Assembly: GCF_006345805.1 (NCBI RefSeq)
Contig: NC_043015.1
Location: forward strand, 4,030,001-4,094,000
Reading direction: 5' to 3'
Origin: Octopus sinensis
Taxonomy: Eukaryota
Length of the DNA: 64,000 nt
The notes beneath the pieces are model-generated. The model was not told where the DNA came from. It did not search any database and saw only the letters and a list, made by a program, of their open reading frames with translations. A program made the position numbers and the translations under genes. Of the stretch, positions 11,101-24,258 are shown piece after piece (position 1 is the first letter of the stretch; each line of letters begins with the position of its first letter).

Positions 11101-14100
11101 GGTAAACTATGTTTTGCGTCGTACGTCCAGTGTTGGTAACAGAAATATAGAAGTCATCTTCACTGCTAACTCGAAAGCATGCGACATATAATTGTCAATG
11201 AGAAAAGTAGGGTATTTTAAAATTGAGACTCACAATTTTTAATGTTTGGCCCTGATTTATGTTGATTCTCATAACGAAGCGCAATCGCACTGGTAACCGG
11301 AGGCGCTTGAATTGAAATGACACGTTTGAAAGGGACATGTGTGGAATCTATATTATCTCTTCCCGATGGCAGCTAACAATAATGGTTGATTCTAGAGCAT
11401 GATTTATCATTGTAGTGAGTCAATCAATCTTGTACCATTGCATATGATTTGATTTGCAATTTAGCGCACAGCAAGAATTAACATAATTTATACAGAACTT
11501 TAAATCCCTCTGTCTGTCTCTGTACGTGCGTGAGAGCGCGCGCGTGTGGTTGCCAATTGAATTTACATTTGCATGCAATTCTTAATTCCAATTAATTAGT
11601 GGAAGTTCTGAGTTGTTGAGAGGATAGATTCTCCGTACATTATAAGAAATTGAAACAGAAAGATAATGCCTAATTATACGCATTCGTTAAACATTGGACG
11701 AAAATGGAAGTGACCTGAAAACGACCTGAAAATTGTACGACACGACCTCGTTTCTGTGGATCTCAGAGTCCCCTTGCTCCCCACCTCCCTACTCTCTTTA
11801 TGCGGGCTTTCGTTCATCTTCACCTATAACGTATATGCAGTATCAAATTTGTGTTTTCTTTTTTTTTCACTTCCAATTGTAGAAACAAACATAGTTTATG
11901 AAACATCAATGCCTGTCTCTCACCCGCTATGTGTCTTTCATCTTCTATATAAACTTATTTTCTGTCTGTGTTTCTTTCTCTTGTCTCATCCTGAACTTTC
12001 CTCGGTCATTCCGTAAAAAAAAAATTATTTATGCTTTGAAGAGAGCATGAATTGAAAGACAAGAGAAAACGAAAAGGGGAGAAAGAACAGAAAGTGAAGG
12101 AGATGAGAAAGCGAAAGATGTATGCACGAGACAATAAAATCGATGTGTGTGTGCGAGAGAGAAAGAGGGGGAGAATGAGAAAGACAGAGATAGAGTGAGT
12201 GAGTGAAGGTGTGTGTTGTAATAATGGCTGTCTTTAAGATTCACACTCATATAGAAAGTGTGACGTCATCGACGTCCTTGTCATATATAATGTTCATGAC
12301 ATTTGACTGATGGACAATAATACAATTTTAAATTTTGATAATGCAAATATGTTTTACTTGGTAGCCGAAATAGTACTGAATCTTCTGATACCTCATACGT
12401 CAAAATCGACATCTCAGTTTTGGAATAAAAAGGGAACATACGTACACACACACTTACACAAAATCTTATATACATACATATGCGCGCGTGTGTATGTGTT
12501 GGCTTGTAACAAACTCATACTACTTATATAAGGTGTTGTAGAAGGATGTAATTTATAGTTTATTTATGTGACGTTATTTGTAATTAAATGAGTCCGTTTA
12601 TTGATAAATGATTCGTAAATTATATAAATCACACCTTATACGCAATATTGATTGCTTTGAATATCATTCCTTTTGTTTATTTTATCCAAATGCATACATC
12701 CGTACAACCGTTAAGTATATGCACGCACACATACATACCGTCATACACACATACATACCGTCATACACACATACATAACAGTGTGTGTACATTTCTACAT
12801 TTATCATGAAATCAATGAATACAAGACGAAAAGGTGAACTGAAGGGAGAAATTTAATTCACACATACGTATATAGAGATGATGATATGGAGGAGGAAATG
12901 GAGATTGATAATGACGATTGTAATAATGTGTAAATAGAATATGCATGTTTCTTCTTTTCTCTCGTCACATACAGGTCAGGAATAACAGAAAGAAGAAGAA
13001 TAAGAAATACTATGGAAGCTATATTTCTTTCGTCGTTTTGACGTGATGGCAAGAAAAGAAAGTAAGAGTCAGATTGTATTCTTCAGATAATCGTGCAATT
13101 TAAGTATACTAAATGGTAGTGAGTCACTTTCCAGCATCATAATAGTTATGGTTGTTAGAAATATTTATGTCTAACGAAAAGCTGTATACGTTGATGCAAT
13201 GAGAAGACAGCATTGTCAATCAAGGCAGAATATTGATAAACATTACGTAAACTCCTTTATACCCTTAAACATTTGTTTATTTCAGTCACTTAAATGAGAC
13301 CGTGCTAGGGCAACGGTAATATAGCTGGAGACATTAGCCAAATATTCCATGCAGTGGGAGTGAAGCTGAAAACAGTAGGGATCAGTTTTCCTATCATTAT
13401 ATATTAATTGAATGATATTTGTGTTGGGGTATTTTCTAATAATCTGAATAGCAGAAACTGTACGCTGAAGGATTTGTTATTATTTACTTCGCTCCCATAA
13501 ATTTTGCCTCGAATTTTCACCAACAAAGAAGAGCAGATTTCAATTGAAAATTCGTTACAAACATATTTAAGATCAATTCTGCGATTGCCAACTTTAAATA
13601 TATGAATGTTTCCCTCACGATAAACCTGAAATTAATGATGTTGTACGACAAAATTACACCATGATAGCAAAACTGAAGTCTGGGGAGGATTCGAACGCAG
13701 GGCATTTCGAACACAAAATCTATAAATAAAAGTATTTGTAATGTGAAGTAGATTAAATATTCATTATGATATATGTAAAAAAAATGTATAGAACTATATG
13801 TTAGCGTAATATGACCATAACAATACACTCTAATTTTTTAAAGTTTCATTTTACCCTACTTTGTCTTGAATTCTGCTACTCCTGAAGTGGAATGCATTTA
13901 AACCTGTAGTGTGAGTTAATAATTTTATGCCTTTCATTATATCCTACAATATCTATACCTCACCAATTCAAGATCATCTAATATTTACACCCGTAATTAA
14001 CTAGCTACGTATTAAGCATTTACTCGCGACTGGTCATTCCTTAAAACATATCCTTACAGTTCCCTTCTCAGTTAGTTCTAATATATTCATAACCCATCCT

Positions 14101-14110
14101 AGTATCAGGT

Positions 14111-14490
14111 GGAGGCACAATGGCGCAGTGGTTAGGGCAGCGGACTCGCGATCTTAGGATCGCGGTTTCGATTCCCAGACCGGGCATTGTGAGTGTTTAT
14201 TGAGCGAAAACACCTAAAGCTTCACGAGGCTCCTGCAGGGGGTGGTGGTGAACCCTGCTGAACTCTTTCACCACAACTTTCTCTCACTCTTTCTTCCTGT
14301 TTCTGTTGTACCTGTATTTCAAAGGGGCCAGCCTTGTCAAACTCTGTGTCACGCTGAATCTCCTCGAGAACTACGTTAAGGGTACACGTGTCTGTGGAGT
14401 GCTCAGCCACTTGCACGTTAATTCCACGAGCAAGCTGTTCCGTTGATCGCATCAGCTGGGGCACTCATCGTCGTAACCGACGGAGTGCTC
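14111..14490 (+). mobile_element. Full-length tRNA-derived SINE with 11-bp target-site duplication
   Basis: A-box tggcgcagtgg, B-box ggtttcgattcc; TAGTATCAGGT at 14100-14110 and 14494-14504. Confidence 0.92.
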
Positions 14491-14934
14491 CTATAGTATC
14501 AGGTATTTACCCTTTACTATTTCCACTCCTATTTTCTGCTGCTCACATTTTGTTCCATACCAGCGCTTCTAGGCCTATTTTGATTTTAATTTCCCCTCTA
14601 CCATTATCAGCTTCATGATCACTCAACACCTATTAAACTAGTTTTATGTCACAATTTCAATTCTTACTTTATTTTTGGCTTTAGATTTAAGTAGTTGACA
14701 CACACACCCATTAGCTATCTTATTAAAAATAATTTCCTTGCCATATCGGTTCTGCGGTTATCAGGAATAGTTAGTTTCACTACCACTCATCCCACATAAC
14801 ACACGTGTTTTATTACTTTATTCTCTTCTGCTTCCCATAACGCTCACAAATTAATTCTCACACGCTATCTTCATTTAGTCGACCTCATCATTAACGATGT
14901 TCGTCTTGCATCCATAATGGCAACCGCTAGCTTT

Positions 14935-14983
14935 ATCATTATTATTATTATTATTATTAATATTATTATTATTATTATTATTA

Positions 14984-15068
<85 letters not shown>
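14935..15068. repeat. (ATT)n microsatellite
   Basis: Directly visible. Confidence 0.95.
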
Positions 15069-15794
15069 GAAAACTGGTGGTTTGTTTTGGAGCGCTGTAA
15101 TTGTAAGTCTAATTCACTTGTTTAAAGGGTCCTAAAATGTATTTTCTTGTTTGAATTGTTTGTTAACGAAAGCCTCATTTTCGGGGTGATAGAAATCTTT
15201 GTTTTCAAACTACTTCGAAAATTTGCTTCGGTGAACGTAATCATTGAAGAGTCGAGACAAAGGAATTGACTATGCTACGCCATCGTAGCATTACGGAGGT
15301 TCTGTTGCTGGATGCCTGTATCCCTGGAGAGTGTGCGCCTTCTGGTATCGCGAGTAGATGAACTGCAGTAGACAGCAGGAAGAAAAGAAGGAGGAGGAGA
15401 AAGAAAAGGTAGAAGTGAAGAGTAAAAAATAGAAGATGAATAGCGGAAAAAAGGCGAGATGAAGTAAGGAGTAAAACAACATGGAAAGCAAATGCTGCTG
15501 CGAATAGTCTAACAATGCTAGAGTTAGCGGCGGGAAAGAAACCTTTACACATATCAAGGCAGCAAAGGGATTTTTGGCTACGTATAAATGATAATTCAGA
15601 CATTTTCAATTAACTCAGATATATCTTTCTACAATTTAATGCTTCTTGACTTGGCCGGAAAGAGTACCATCCGGAGTATTCAAGTGGTTCCAGGCAGTGC
15701 TGTTTTCTGCGAGTGATCCACCCTTATTGTAGCTCGTATTTGTTCCATGTACATTGGAAAGTGTGCGTGGGGATGATGTTTACTCATTGGATCT

Positions 15795-15976
15795 TTTATT
15801 CTTTTACTTGTTTTAGAAGTTTGACTGCGGTCATGCGGGAGCAACACTTTTAACCGAGAAAATCGACCCAGGACTTATTCTTTGTAAGTCTAGTACTTAT
15901 TCTCTCGTACTCTTTTAAGCGACGGTGACGTAAACACACCAGCATCGTTTGTCAAGCAATGTGAGGAGTACAAACA

Positions 15977-16007
<31 letters not shown>

Positions 16008-16208
16008 CACAAATATATATACACACACATATATAGATATATAAGACGGGTTTCTTGCAGTTTCCGTCTACCAAATCCACTGAGAAGGCATGGTCGACCT
16101 GAGGCGGCAGGCTACAGTAGAAGACCCTCGTCCAAGCTGTCACGCATTGGGAATGAACCCGGAACCATGTGGTTGGCAAGCAAGATACCACACACCCACT
16201 CTTGTGCC
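15795..16208 (-). mobile_element. tRNA-derived SINE, family 2 (internal CA/TA microsatellite)
   Basis: Collinear with 20050-20572; tRNA-like head at the right end (ggttccgggttcattccc on the minus strand). Confidence 0.85.
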
Positions 16209-17364
16209 TATATTTTCTGACGTGTAGATAAAATTTTAGAATATGCCTCACATATCATCTGCATTGGAATAGCATCAAGATCGTGCATAATCAGAAAGAA
16301 GATTTCTTTCAAAATATACCAACGCCATTCCAAATGAGGAATTTATAACATAGATGTTTGAGCAAATGAGACTCTTTTATTTATTTTTTTTTATGGTAAG
16401 AAAGACCATGGCCTGGCCGATTGGCACAATATTTCTATTGTCAGTAATATGTGAACAGAAAGCTTTTCATTAAAACAACTAGCTCCTTGAGAATGTTTAT
16501 AGATACATAATTTCAGGGAGGGAATTCTAGTGTAAACTCCCGACATGAGGATGTAAATTCTACGACCGAAAAATTTCCCAAAAGAAATGTGTAAGAAATG
16601 TAACGATGCAGTCTTCGTTGACGAAAATTATGCCAAATAATTTTCTTGTACTAACATTCTGTCTACAAATACGACGTACATTTAAAAGACGTTTTGTTAC
16701 AAGATTGCTTTGAATATAAAAGGCAACCGTTCGTGTTCGTGTAAGTTCAATTTTAGTCGACATTTTGCTGTTTAAGAAATAACACATATGCAAAGAACAA
16801 TTATAAAACGATAGATATTTCCGCTACAAAAATTGGTCATGAGTCCATAAAAAAGAAACTAATGCCACCAGACATTTAAACAAAGAAAATCATGAACGAT
16901 GATTTTCAATATTATCCTGACATTTCTTATATTTCCGTGTGACCTTTTTATCGTGAATATTTCCTTTTCAATCTTGTCAGTGAATTCGTATAAATACCAT
17001 CAATTATTAATTTTATTTTATTTGTTAAATTTTCTTTTGAAATTCGAATTCAGTACATGAAACTGTCTAACTGATATTAGTTGGTTATTGAAGTATTTAT
17101 ATACTTTTCTGGCGCCAATTTTATTTCTCATATATCAGCATATACAAATACGTGTGTACCTATATATGTATAGGTACACACGCTTGTGAAGAAAATTTGC
17201 TCTAAACAGCATTAGCAATACGTACATAAAACTCCCATGCATAAGCACTTAAGACATGCATATTAGCGTTTGTATAGAAGCATGTTTTCCCGAGCTGGGG
17301 TAAAAAATAAAAAAAAATAAAGCAATTGTCATTTTTTTAATTTCTGATTTCAGAAGCCAGTGTA

Positions 17365-17586
17365 CTTGCACAAACGTTAGCACGCCTAACGAAATGAGTA
17401 GCCGTACTTCGTCTGCCGTTACGTCCTGAGTTCAAATTCCACCGAGGTTGACTTTGCCTTTCATCCTTTCGGGGTCGATTAAATAAGTACCAGTTACGCA
17501 CTGGGGCCGATATAATTGACGTTATCCGTCTGTCTGTCCTTGTTTGTCCTCTCTGTGTTTAGCCCCTTGTGAGTAGTAAAGAAATA
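17365..17586 (+). mobile_element. SINE family 1
   Basis: gagttcaaattcc B-box, gactttgcctttcatcctttcggggtcga block, 3' tail matching the reverse complement of 7521-7600. Confidence 0.85.
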
Positions 17587-17589
17587 CGT

Positions 17590-17870
17590 GTGTCGTCTGC
17601 CTCTACGTTTTGGGTTCAAATTCCGCTGAGGTTGGTTTTACTTTACATATTTTGGGGTTCCATAAATAATACGGAATAAAACGTATAAAGTGTAACGTAT
17701 TATTACGTATTATTTATGGACCCCATAGATAATACGTAATAGAACGTATTATTTATGGGGTCCATAAATAATGCGTAATAATACATAACATTTCCGTACG
17801 GGTGTCGGTGTAATCGACTGAAACTCACACCCAAAATTACGGGCCTTGTGCCGAGAGTAGAAAACATTAT
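17590..17870 (+). mobile_element. Second, degenerate family-1 SINE containing an internal palindromic expansion
   Basis: gggttcaaattccgctgagg head; ggtgtaatcgact...ggccttgtgcc...gtagaaa tail; inverted repeats at 17654-17784. Confidence 0.7.
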
Positions 17871-18415
17871 TTCTGATTTCACACTCGTTCGAATACGAGT
17901 TGAATTTTAAAAGCAATGCAAATTAACGGTGTTTACTAAACAAACGAAAATCCATCCTCAGGTCGGAACACTGGAGATGTCACTTACAAAGTACTTGCTG
18001 ATTTTTGTGCGAATATTTGCTTTTGTGTGTTTGAGTGTTTGCGTGTGTGTGATGGTGTGTTTATGTGTTTCTCTCCGTGTGAGTGCGTGCGTGTTATTTG
18101 CATCTGTGAGTGAGCATTTATAGAGACGTACAATGTTCAGCATTTAATACAGTAACTTATATGAGGTCGTTATGCTCTGGAGACATCTGAGGAATTCCGG
18201 TTGGTTTTGACAGTTGCTTAGATTGGTTACATAAGGGGACGACAATGCGATCTTTCAATGATCGAGATATTAAATACCAGGATATGGATATAATAGTAAT
18301 CAATTATATGTACGTTCATTGTGAACGGATGATTCTCCGGATATTTATTTGTGTACAAAACAAGCAGGAATTCACCTCATCTCCATTCTTCATAAATTGC
18401 AATATATCAATTGCT

Positions 18416-18640
18416 CTATGGTATATATATATCCAATAAGGGTGATGTGAGTTCGCGAGAATAGAGAGAAAAGCAGTTGTCAACGCGGGATTTGCGGTTG
18501 CTTTCGGACAATTCATGAGACACCCATTTTCCAAGCTTAGGAACCTTTCCAAGTTGTTGAAGATAACGATGTACCGTTCTATGGTTTGAATTAGGACTGA
18601 AATCTCCATTTCTGAATTTTGCAAACCATTTCATTTTGTA
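18416..18640 (-). pseudogene. Mariner (Mos1/SETMAR-type) transposase fragment
   Basis: KWFAKFRNGDFS...TVHRYLQQLGKVPKLGKWVSHELSESNRKSRV contains the WVPHEL-like motif; internally deleted and truncated. Confidence 0.88.
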
Positions 18641-20049
18641 TATATATATGCAGTTGGACTAGATTTCTGTTGAATCTACTTCAGAAATTCTGCAGTTTTA
18701 GTTCAGATAATAATTGACTATGTAAGCAAGAGATGAAATTAGTGTGCCGCGATCATTTCGAGCCATTCTACGACTTTCCTTTATGGATGAGGTGCAGTGT
18801 ATCATACTATAATACTATAAATCTGGCATCAGGTGCATTCATACATAAATGTCACTTTAGGTATTAATGTACCTGATGTGACCCAGACACCATTAAATTT
18901 CTGTCGACAAGCTTACCCGCCAGTATGTAATCGATTAAATTATTTTCCTACCATATCATTTATTCCCTTTGTATTTTAGTGTATATTGCTATTATAATTT
19001 CAGCAACGAAAAACACGAATTTAAGAGGAAAATTAAAAAAGTATATTCATTACGAATGAATTCCATTATATTCTCTTATGCCAAAGGAAATCTGTTTATG
19101 AGAAAGTAATTTGACCTAGATATATTTTTCAGGTAAAGTATTTCAATTAATTTTAGGATGTGCGAATTTGCATTTCTTCTCCCTTAAGGCGAACTGAATT
19201 CTTCTTCACGTTTGCAACAGAGCAAACGCTGTATGATCAATATTCCAGACAGTCTCGAACGAACACTGTCACACACACCACTAAGTGTACAGCTAATGAT
19301 AAATCCATACATGTATATTTATGGATGTGAATATATGTTTACATATAAATATATATCCATATGCATATATTCACTGACGATATATATATATATGTGTGTG
19401 TGTGTACATGCATGTATATATATATATGAATGTGTGTGTGTGCTTTTGTGTATATATATATATATATATTTACCCTCATAGGAAAATAATTGTAGTCTGA
19501 AAATGAAATGCATTAGATAATATATTTTAATCGCTATATCTCTCGTAGCTATATTAATATTTTACTATCTAAAACCTATTGGTTTGCACACTTGGAGCTC
19601 TACAATAAAAATAAACAATTTATTACAAATTGATGACTTCATTTTTTTCCATAACTCCGAAACAAAACATTACGTGATTAACCTGGAACAATAAGTGTTC
19701 TTCGGTAGAATATGGAAATAGAATTTATATCACTGAGTATTACAACAAATATAAATATATCCCAATACCTTGAGGATCGAATCTTTTAATACTTTGATCA
19801 TTAGCGCTATCGTTTTTGTTAAACCTTGCAAACATCTGGAAAGAAATAACAGAAATCCAGACAAATTACCCTCTAATATTAATACAAGTTTATATATAAA
19901 TTTCTATGATATAAATAGTGATTTAAGGGATCTACGTCTTGGAAAGCTCATTCACGAAGACAACAAATTAAAATCATAATAAGGATCGGCATAACAACAA
20001 AAAATATACTCATGGGAAAATCCAGAACGATATTTACTCTCTGTTTACT

Positions 20050-20316
20050 CTTTTACTCTATTTACTTGTTTCAGTCGTGTGACTTTGGCCATGCTGGAGC
20101 ACCGCCTTTATATAGACCAAATCGAACCCAGGACTTATTCTTTGTCAGCCTAGTACATATTCTATCGGTCTTATTTGCCGAACCGCTAAGTTACGTGTAT
20201 GTAAACACACCAGCATCGGTTGTCAAGCGATGTTGAGAGGACAAAGATACACAAACTTATACACACGCACTAAAACACACACACACACACACACAGATTT
20301 ATATATATATATATAT

Positions 20317-20350
<34 letters not shown>

Positions 20351-20370
20351 ATATACATACATACATATAT

Positions 20371-20402
<32 letters not shown>

Positions 20403-20572
20403 GATACATACATATATATATACGACGGGCTTCTTTCAATTTTCGTCTACTAACCCACTCACAAGGATGTGGTCGGCCCGAGGCTATAGTAGAAGACATT
20501 CCCCCAAGGTGACTGAACCCAGAACCTTGTTGTTCATAAGCAAGCTACTTACCACACTTCCACTCCTACGCC
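20050..20572 (-). mobile_element. SINE family 2
   Basis: ggccatgctggagcaccgcc...ccaggacttattctttg...cgacgggcttctttc...ccaaggtgactgaaccc...accacac; homologous to 15795-16208. Confidence 0.87.
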
Positions 20573-21399
20573 TTATTCATTTCTGAATAAGCAAAAATAC
20601 TAGAAATGATTTTGGCCCATTTAAACGTTATAAGGTAGTCATATAATTTTTCAAAAGATACTTTGACTGAAATTTTCAGGTTATATTTACGTAAAATCCG
20701 AATGCATGATGTATGCTATCCGGCATGAAATTACGCAGCTGCATAAAAGGCTAATTAAAAGAAGAAGAAAATACAATGTGATACAAACGAGCAATTGTTA
20801 TTTTAAGAAAATTCAGAAATATAGGCGTGAGATGGCTAAAATTTTAGAGAATATTATATATGTCTTGGAAGATTTATAATTCATACATACACCCTCACAG
20901 GTTGTTCTTTGCCTGTATATCACTACATATTCTATTGCTAAATAAAGGCTCATAATAAGAAAGGCCTTTATCTATAAAGTCGAAAGCTCCATCACAATGA
21001 AAATAAAGCGACATGCTAAGAAATTCCGTGGCGTAATTTGAAAATATTTCCAGTTAATACCTGTGCATAAATAGCTAAAGTATAGGAAAAGAACGGAATT
21101 GTTTTCTTGTGCACTCTTATGCAGAAATATAAATGCTATAAATTCAAAAAAAAAAGAAAGAAATGAAAACGTAAACTACACATTCCACTTAATATCATTG
21201 ACGTAAAATTATTCTGTATTAAATGTTAAATTATAAGGATATGCATTTTATTCTTTCTGTATAAGGGATACAATTATTTGAACAGAGTTGAGCATTTTCA
21301 TTTTCATTTTGTTTTTATAACAAATTGTTATAAAAATCTGGCAAAAATAGAGAGAGAGGGGAGAGAGAGAGAGAAGGCCGCGTATGTGTGTGTACGTGT

Positions 21400-21530
21400 G
21401 AGTGTATATATATGTATGTAATATATGTGTGTTCGCGTAGGAGTCTTTATGTTTTTGCTTGTCACCGACCACACCCTGATGATCCGTGTTGGTGTGTTTA
21501 CGTCCGAACATCAACGGTTAGCGCCGTGAG
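21400..21530 (+). mobile_element. Partial family-2 SINE
   Basis: ccgtgttggtgtgtttacgtcc matches the reverse complement of gacgtaaacacaccagcatcgg. Confidence 0.5.
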
Positions 21531-21732
21531 AATGAGATCAAATGCCTGATGCTTCATTAGTACTGGATTTGATTCCTAGATTAAAGTATTTCACGTGGTT
21601 GCACAAGTATGGTTGCAAGGTAATGATTGAAACAGGTAAAAGATAAAATATATCCACATATACACTCGCATAAAAAATATTTATATATAAAGAGAGAGAT
21701 AGAGAGAGAGGTATTACATATACATACATACA

Positions 21733-21776
<44 letters not shown>

Positions 21777-22867
21777 TGTGTATTTAATATTGTTGATGTT
21801 TGTATGTCTCTATATCAATGAAAGCATTTACATAAACAATTATACAGACACACAGACACGCACTCGCATACACTCACACACATACACACACAGATATATA
21901 TATATGTAGGTAGCTCGATAGGTAGGTAGGTAGGTACGTACGTACGTATGTAGTAGTTGTTTGAGTAGATAGCTTAATAACGAGTATTTGAGGCAAGAAT
22001 ACAATACAAATATTGGAAGAAAACACACTTATTCAAATGTGAAATCGGCGTAAACATTGAAAACTCAACTTAGAGGGTTATTAATAACAGTCAAATTTGT
22101 CATTCCCATAAATCAACACCTACAGCAATATCGAAAATATATTTCAATATCATTAACACTTGCAACAAGCCATTTAAATATGTAGTCAGTATTTTTTCGT
22201 TTCGCATATACTCAAAGACGTATGTTTCCTTAGGCCGACAAGTTGTCAATAAAAGTCAGACAGCAATGGAAACGTAATTTCCGATTAAATGATTGTTCAT
22301 AGAATAGATAGTCTGCTGTATTAGACTGCATATACATTTATAATTATACCAAACCACACATTAATACTTCAATAACGTCTTACGTTCACAGATACTCACA
22401 GAGGCACACGTATGCCAACTCTCGTAGAATGACATGCTCATAGAAGTACATATGCTCTATACACTATGTGCATATGTATACCTGTAAGTATATATGGACT
22501 TGCATAAGATTGTGAGTTTATCAAATTGTCGCTGCTGAATATTTACAGCTTCCTTAGAGTTTACCGGCTTCACTAAACAGGCAACATGCCCCTTTATACT
22601 GATGTGAATTGATGGTAAACAAGTTATGATTCTCTGTAAATGACCGAAATACATTTGAACTCGACTATACTTGTGTTAAATGAATATAAGGCACAGAGCT
22701 AAAAGATATTTACAAAAATACCTAAAAAAGCTAATTATTCCGTTAGGTATTTGGAAAAACTCTGCATGTGACACAAATTGAAAATAGAAGCTTTTACAAA
22801 GCTTTTACAGCCCACATGCACACATACATATACGCACACCTCCTTCTCATATATATATATATATATA

Positions 22868-22953
<86 letters not shown>

Positions 22954-23599
22954 CTGGAGAAACACATCTGTCTATATACGTATGGATAGATGTGTAGCTG
23001 TAGTGTTTTGGTATTTAACTTAGGTTTTTTCATTAGCAAAACTCAGTCCTAACAGTTTCGCAGATACCTTTTGGTTAAAGAAAATGACTTTGCTGTTTCG
23101 GTTTTTTTTTCTACGTTAATAGTTTAACAATCTCTTATATGGATGCCCAGTGTGCATTTATATATGTACATGCTTTATTTTATATGACTAACCGTTTTCG
23201 GGAGCCCTTTCGGTAAGAAACCTAAAATGCTTCATTATATTTTTATGTACGCCCTATGCACTATATTTCAAGAATATTAATCAGCTAACATTCATTCTTT
23301 GAAAATTCTCTAGTATTATTTATTTCTATGCAGTTCTGCTGTTATGTAGCTGAGACAAGACTAACGATGACAATAATGGAAATTGGACATCTATATTCAG
23401 TATAAGAGATTTGTAGATTTCTTATTAGTTCTCCGGATATTAAAACATTTCTTCGAATTCCTCGGGAGGTCATCATAAGCCAGTCCACTGATCTCTACTA
23501 TAGCGTACGACTTTTAAACTCTTTCCGATGAAATATCTGGCGTGTTTGCTCATTGTGTTAACTGTATATTAGACGTTTACGTCAGTACACTCTTTTTTT

Positions 23600-23760
23600 T
23601 TTCCAGGAAAAGTAGTAGCACTGTTTTGCCTTCGGCATGGAAGCCAGAATATACTTTCTTCTGTATAACTTTACAAAAACATTTGGCGACAGTTCCATGG
23701 ATTAGTTGTTGAAAAGTTCCTGATGATACAGGGAGAGTCCTATGCAGGTATGGGTCAACG
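23600..23760 (-). pseudogene. Possible degraded LINE reverse-transcriptase fragment
   Basis: LPVSSGTFQQLIHGTV...YSGFHAEGKT loosely resembles the LPxxSKxFEKLI...QxGFRxGRST region of non-LTR RTs. Confidence 0.3.
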
Positions 23761-24129
23761 ACTTTTTCATTCACAACATGGAAACATAGGTTTCCTTAAC
23801 TTCTTCGTTGATCATATATTTAGTGCGTATATCTGGGCTTGGATAGGCTTCATGCTTAAATGTAGTGATTTTAGCAAAAGCCTTAAAGAGATTATCTATA
23901 TCTAAAGTAAAGTGTGTACTTGCAAGCTAGCGCAGTATGTAACCATTGTTAATTTTGCCGATTTCATGAATATATCTAATTCAAATATGTTAAGTAAGTT
24001 AGTCCACACGGAAGACCTGTATACAGCGATTGGATGTTTAAGTGTTCATCGAATAATCCCATGAATTCATTACCTCTGTGTGCGTGCATATGTCGTTGTA
24101 TAAATTTGGTTTCAAACGTTTGGCAACAG

Positions 24130-24258
24130 GAACATCAATTTTTTTTTATTGTCCACGAAAATATGAAAGACAAAATCGACCTAGGCGACTTTTGAACTCA
24201 GAACGAAATGTCGCGACGTATTTCGTCCAACGTGCTGATGATTCTATCAGCTCAACAG
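24130..24258 (-). mobile_element. Degenerate family-1 SINE
   Basis: gaaagacaaaatcgacctaggcgacttttgaactcagaacg is similar to 7645-7685. Confidence 0.65.

Noticed and set aside
13680-13712. GTTCGAATCC B-box on the minus strand suggesting a tRNA
   Set aside because: No A-box or cloverleaf; isolated fragment.
14111-14182. tRNA-like sequence as a true tRNA gene
   Set aside because: It continues into a SINE body with TSDs and the acceptor stem does not close.
19122-19140. tttttcag|gtaaag as a recursive splice site
   Set aside because: The donor is non-consensus and such motifs are expected by chance in 64 kb of AT-rich DNA.
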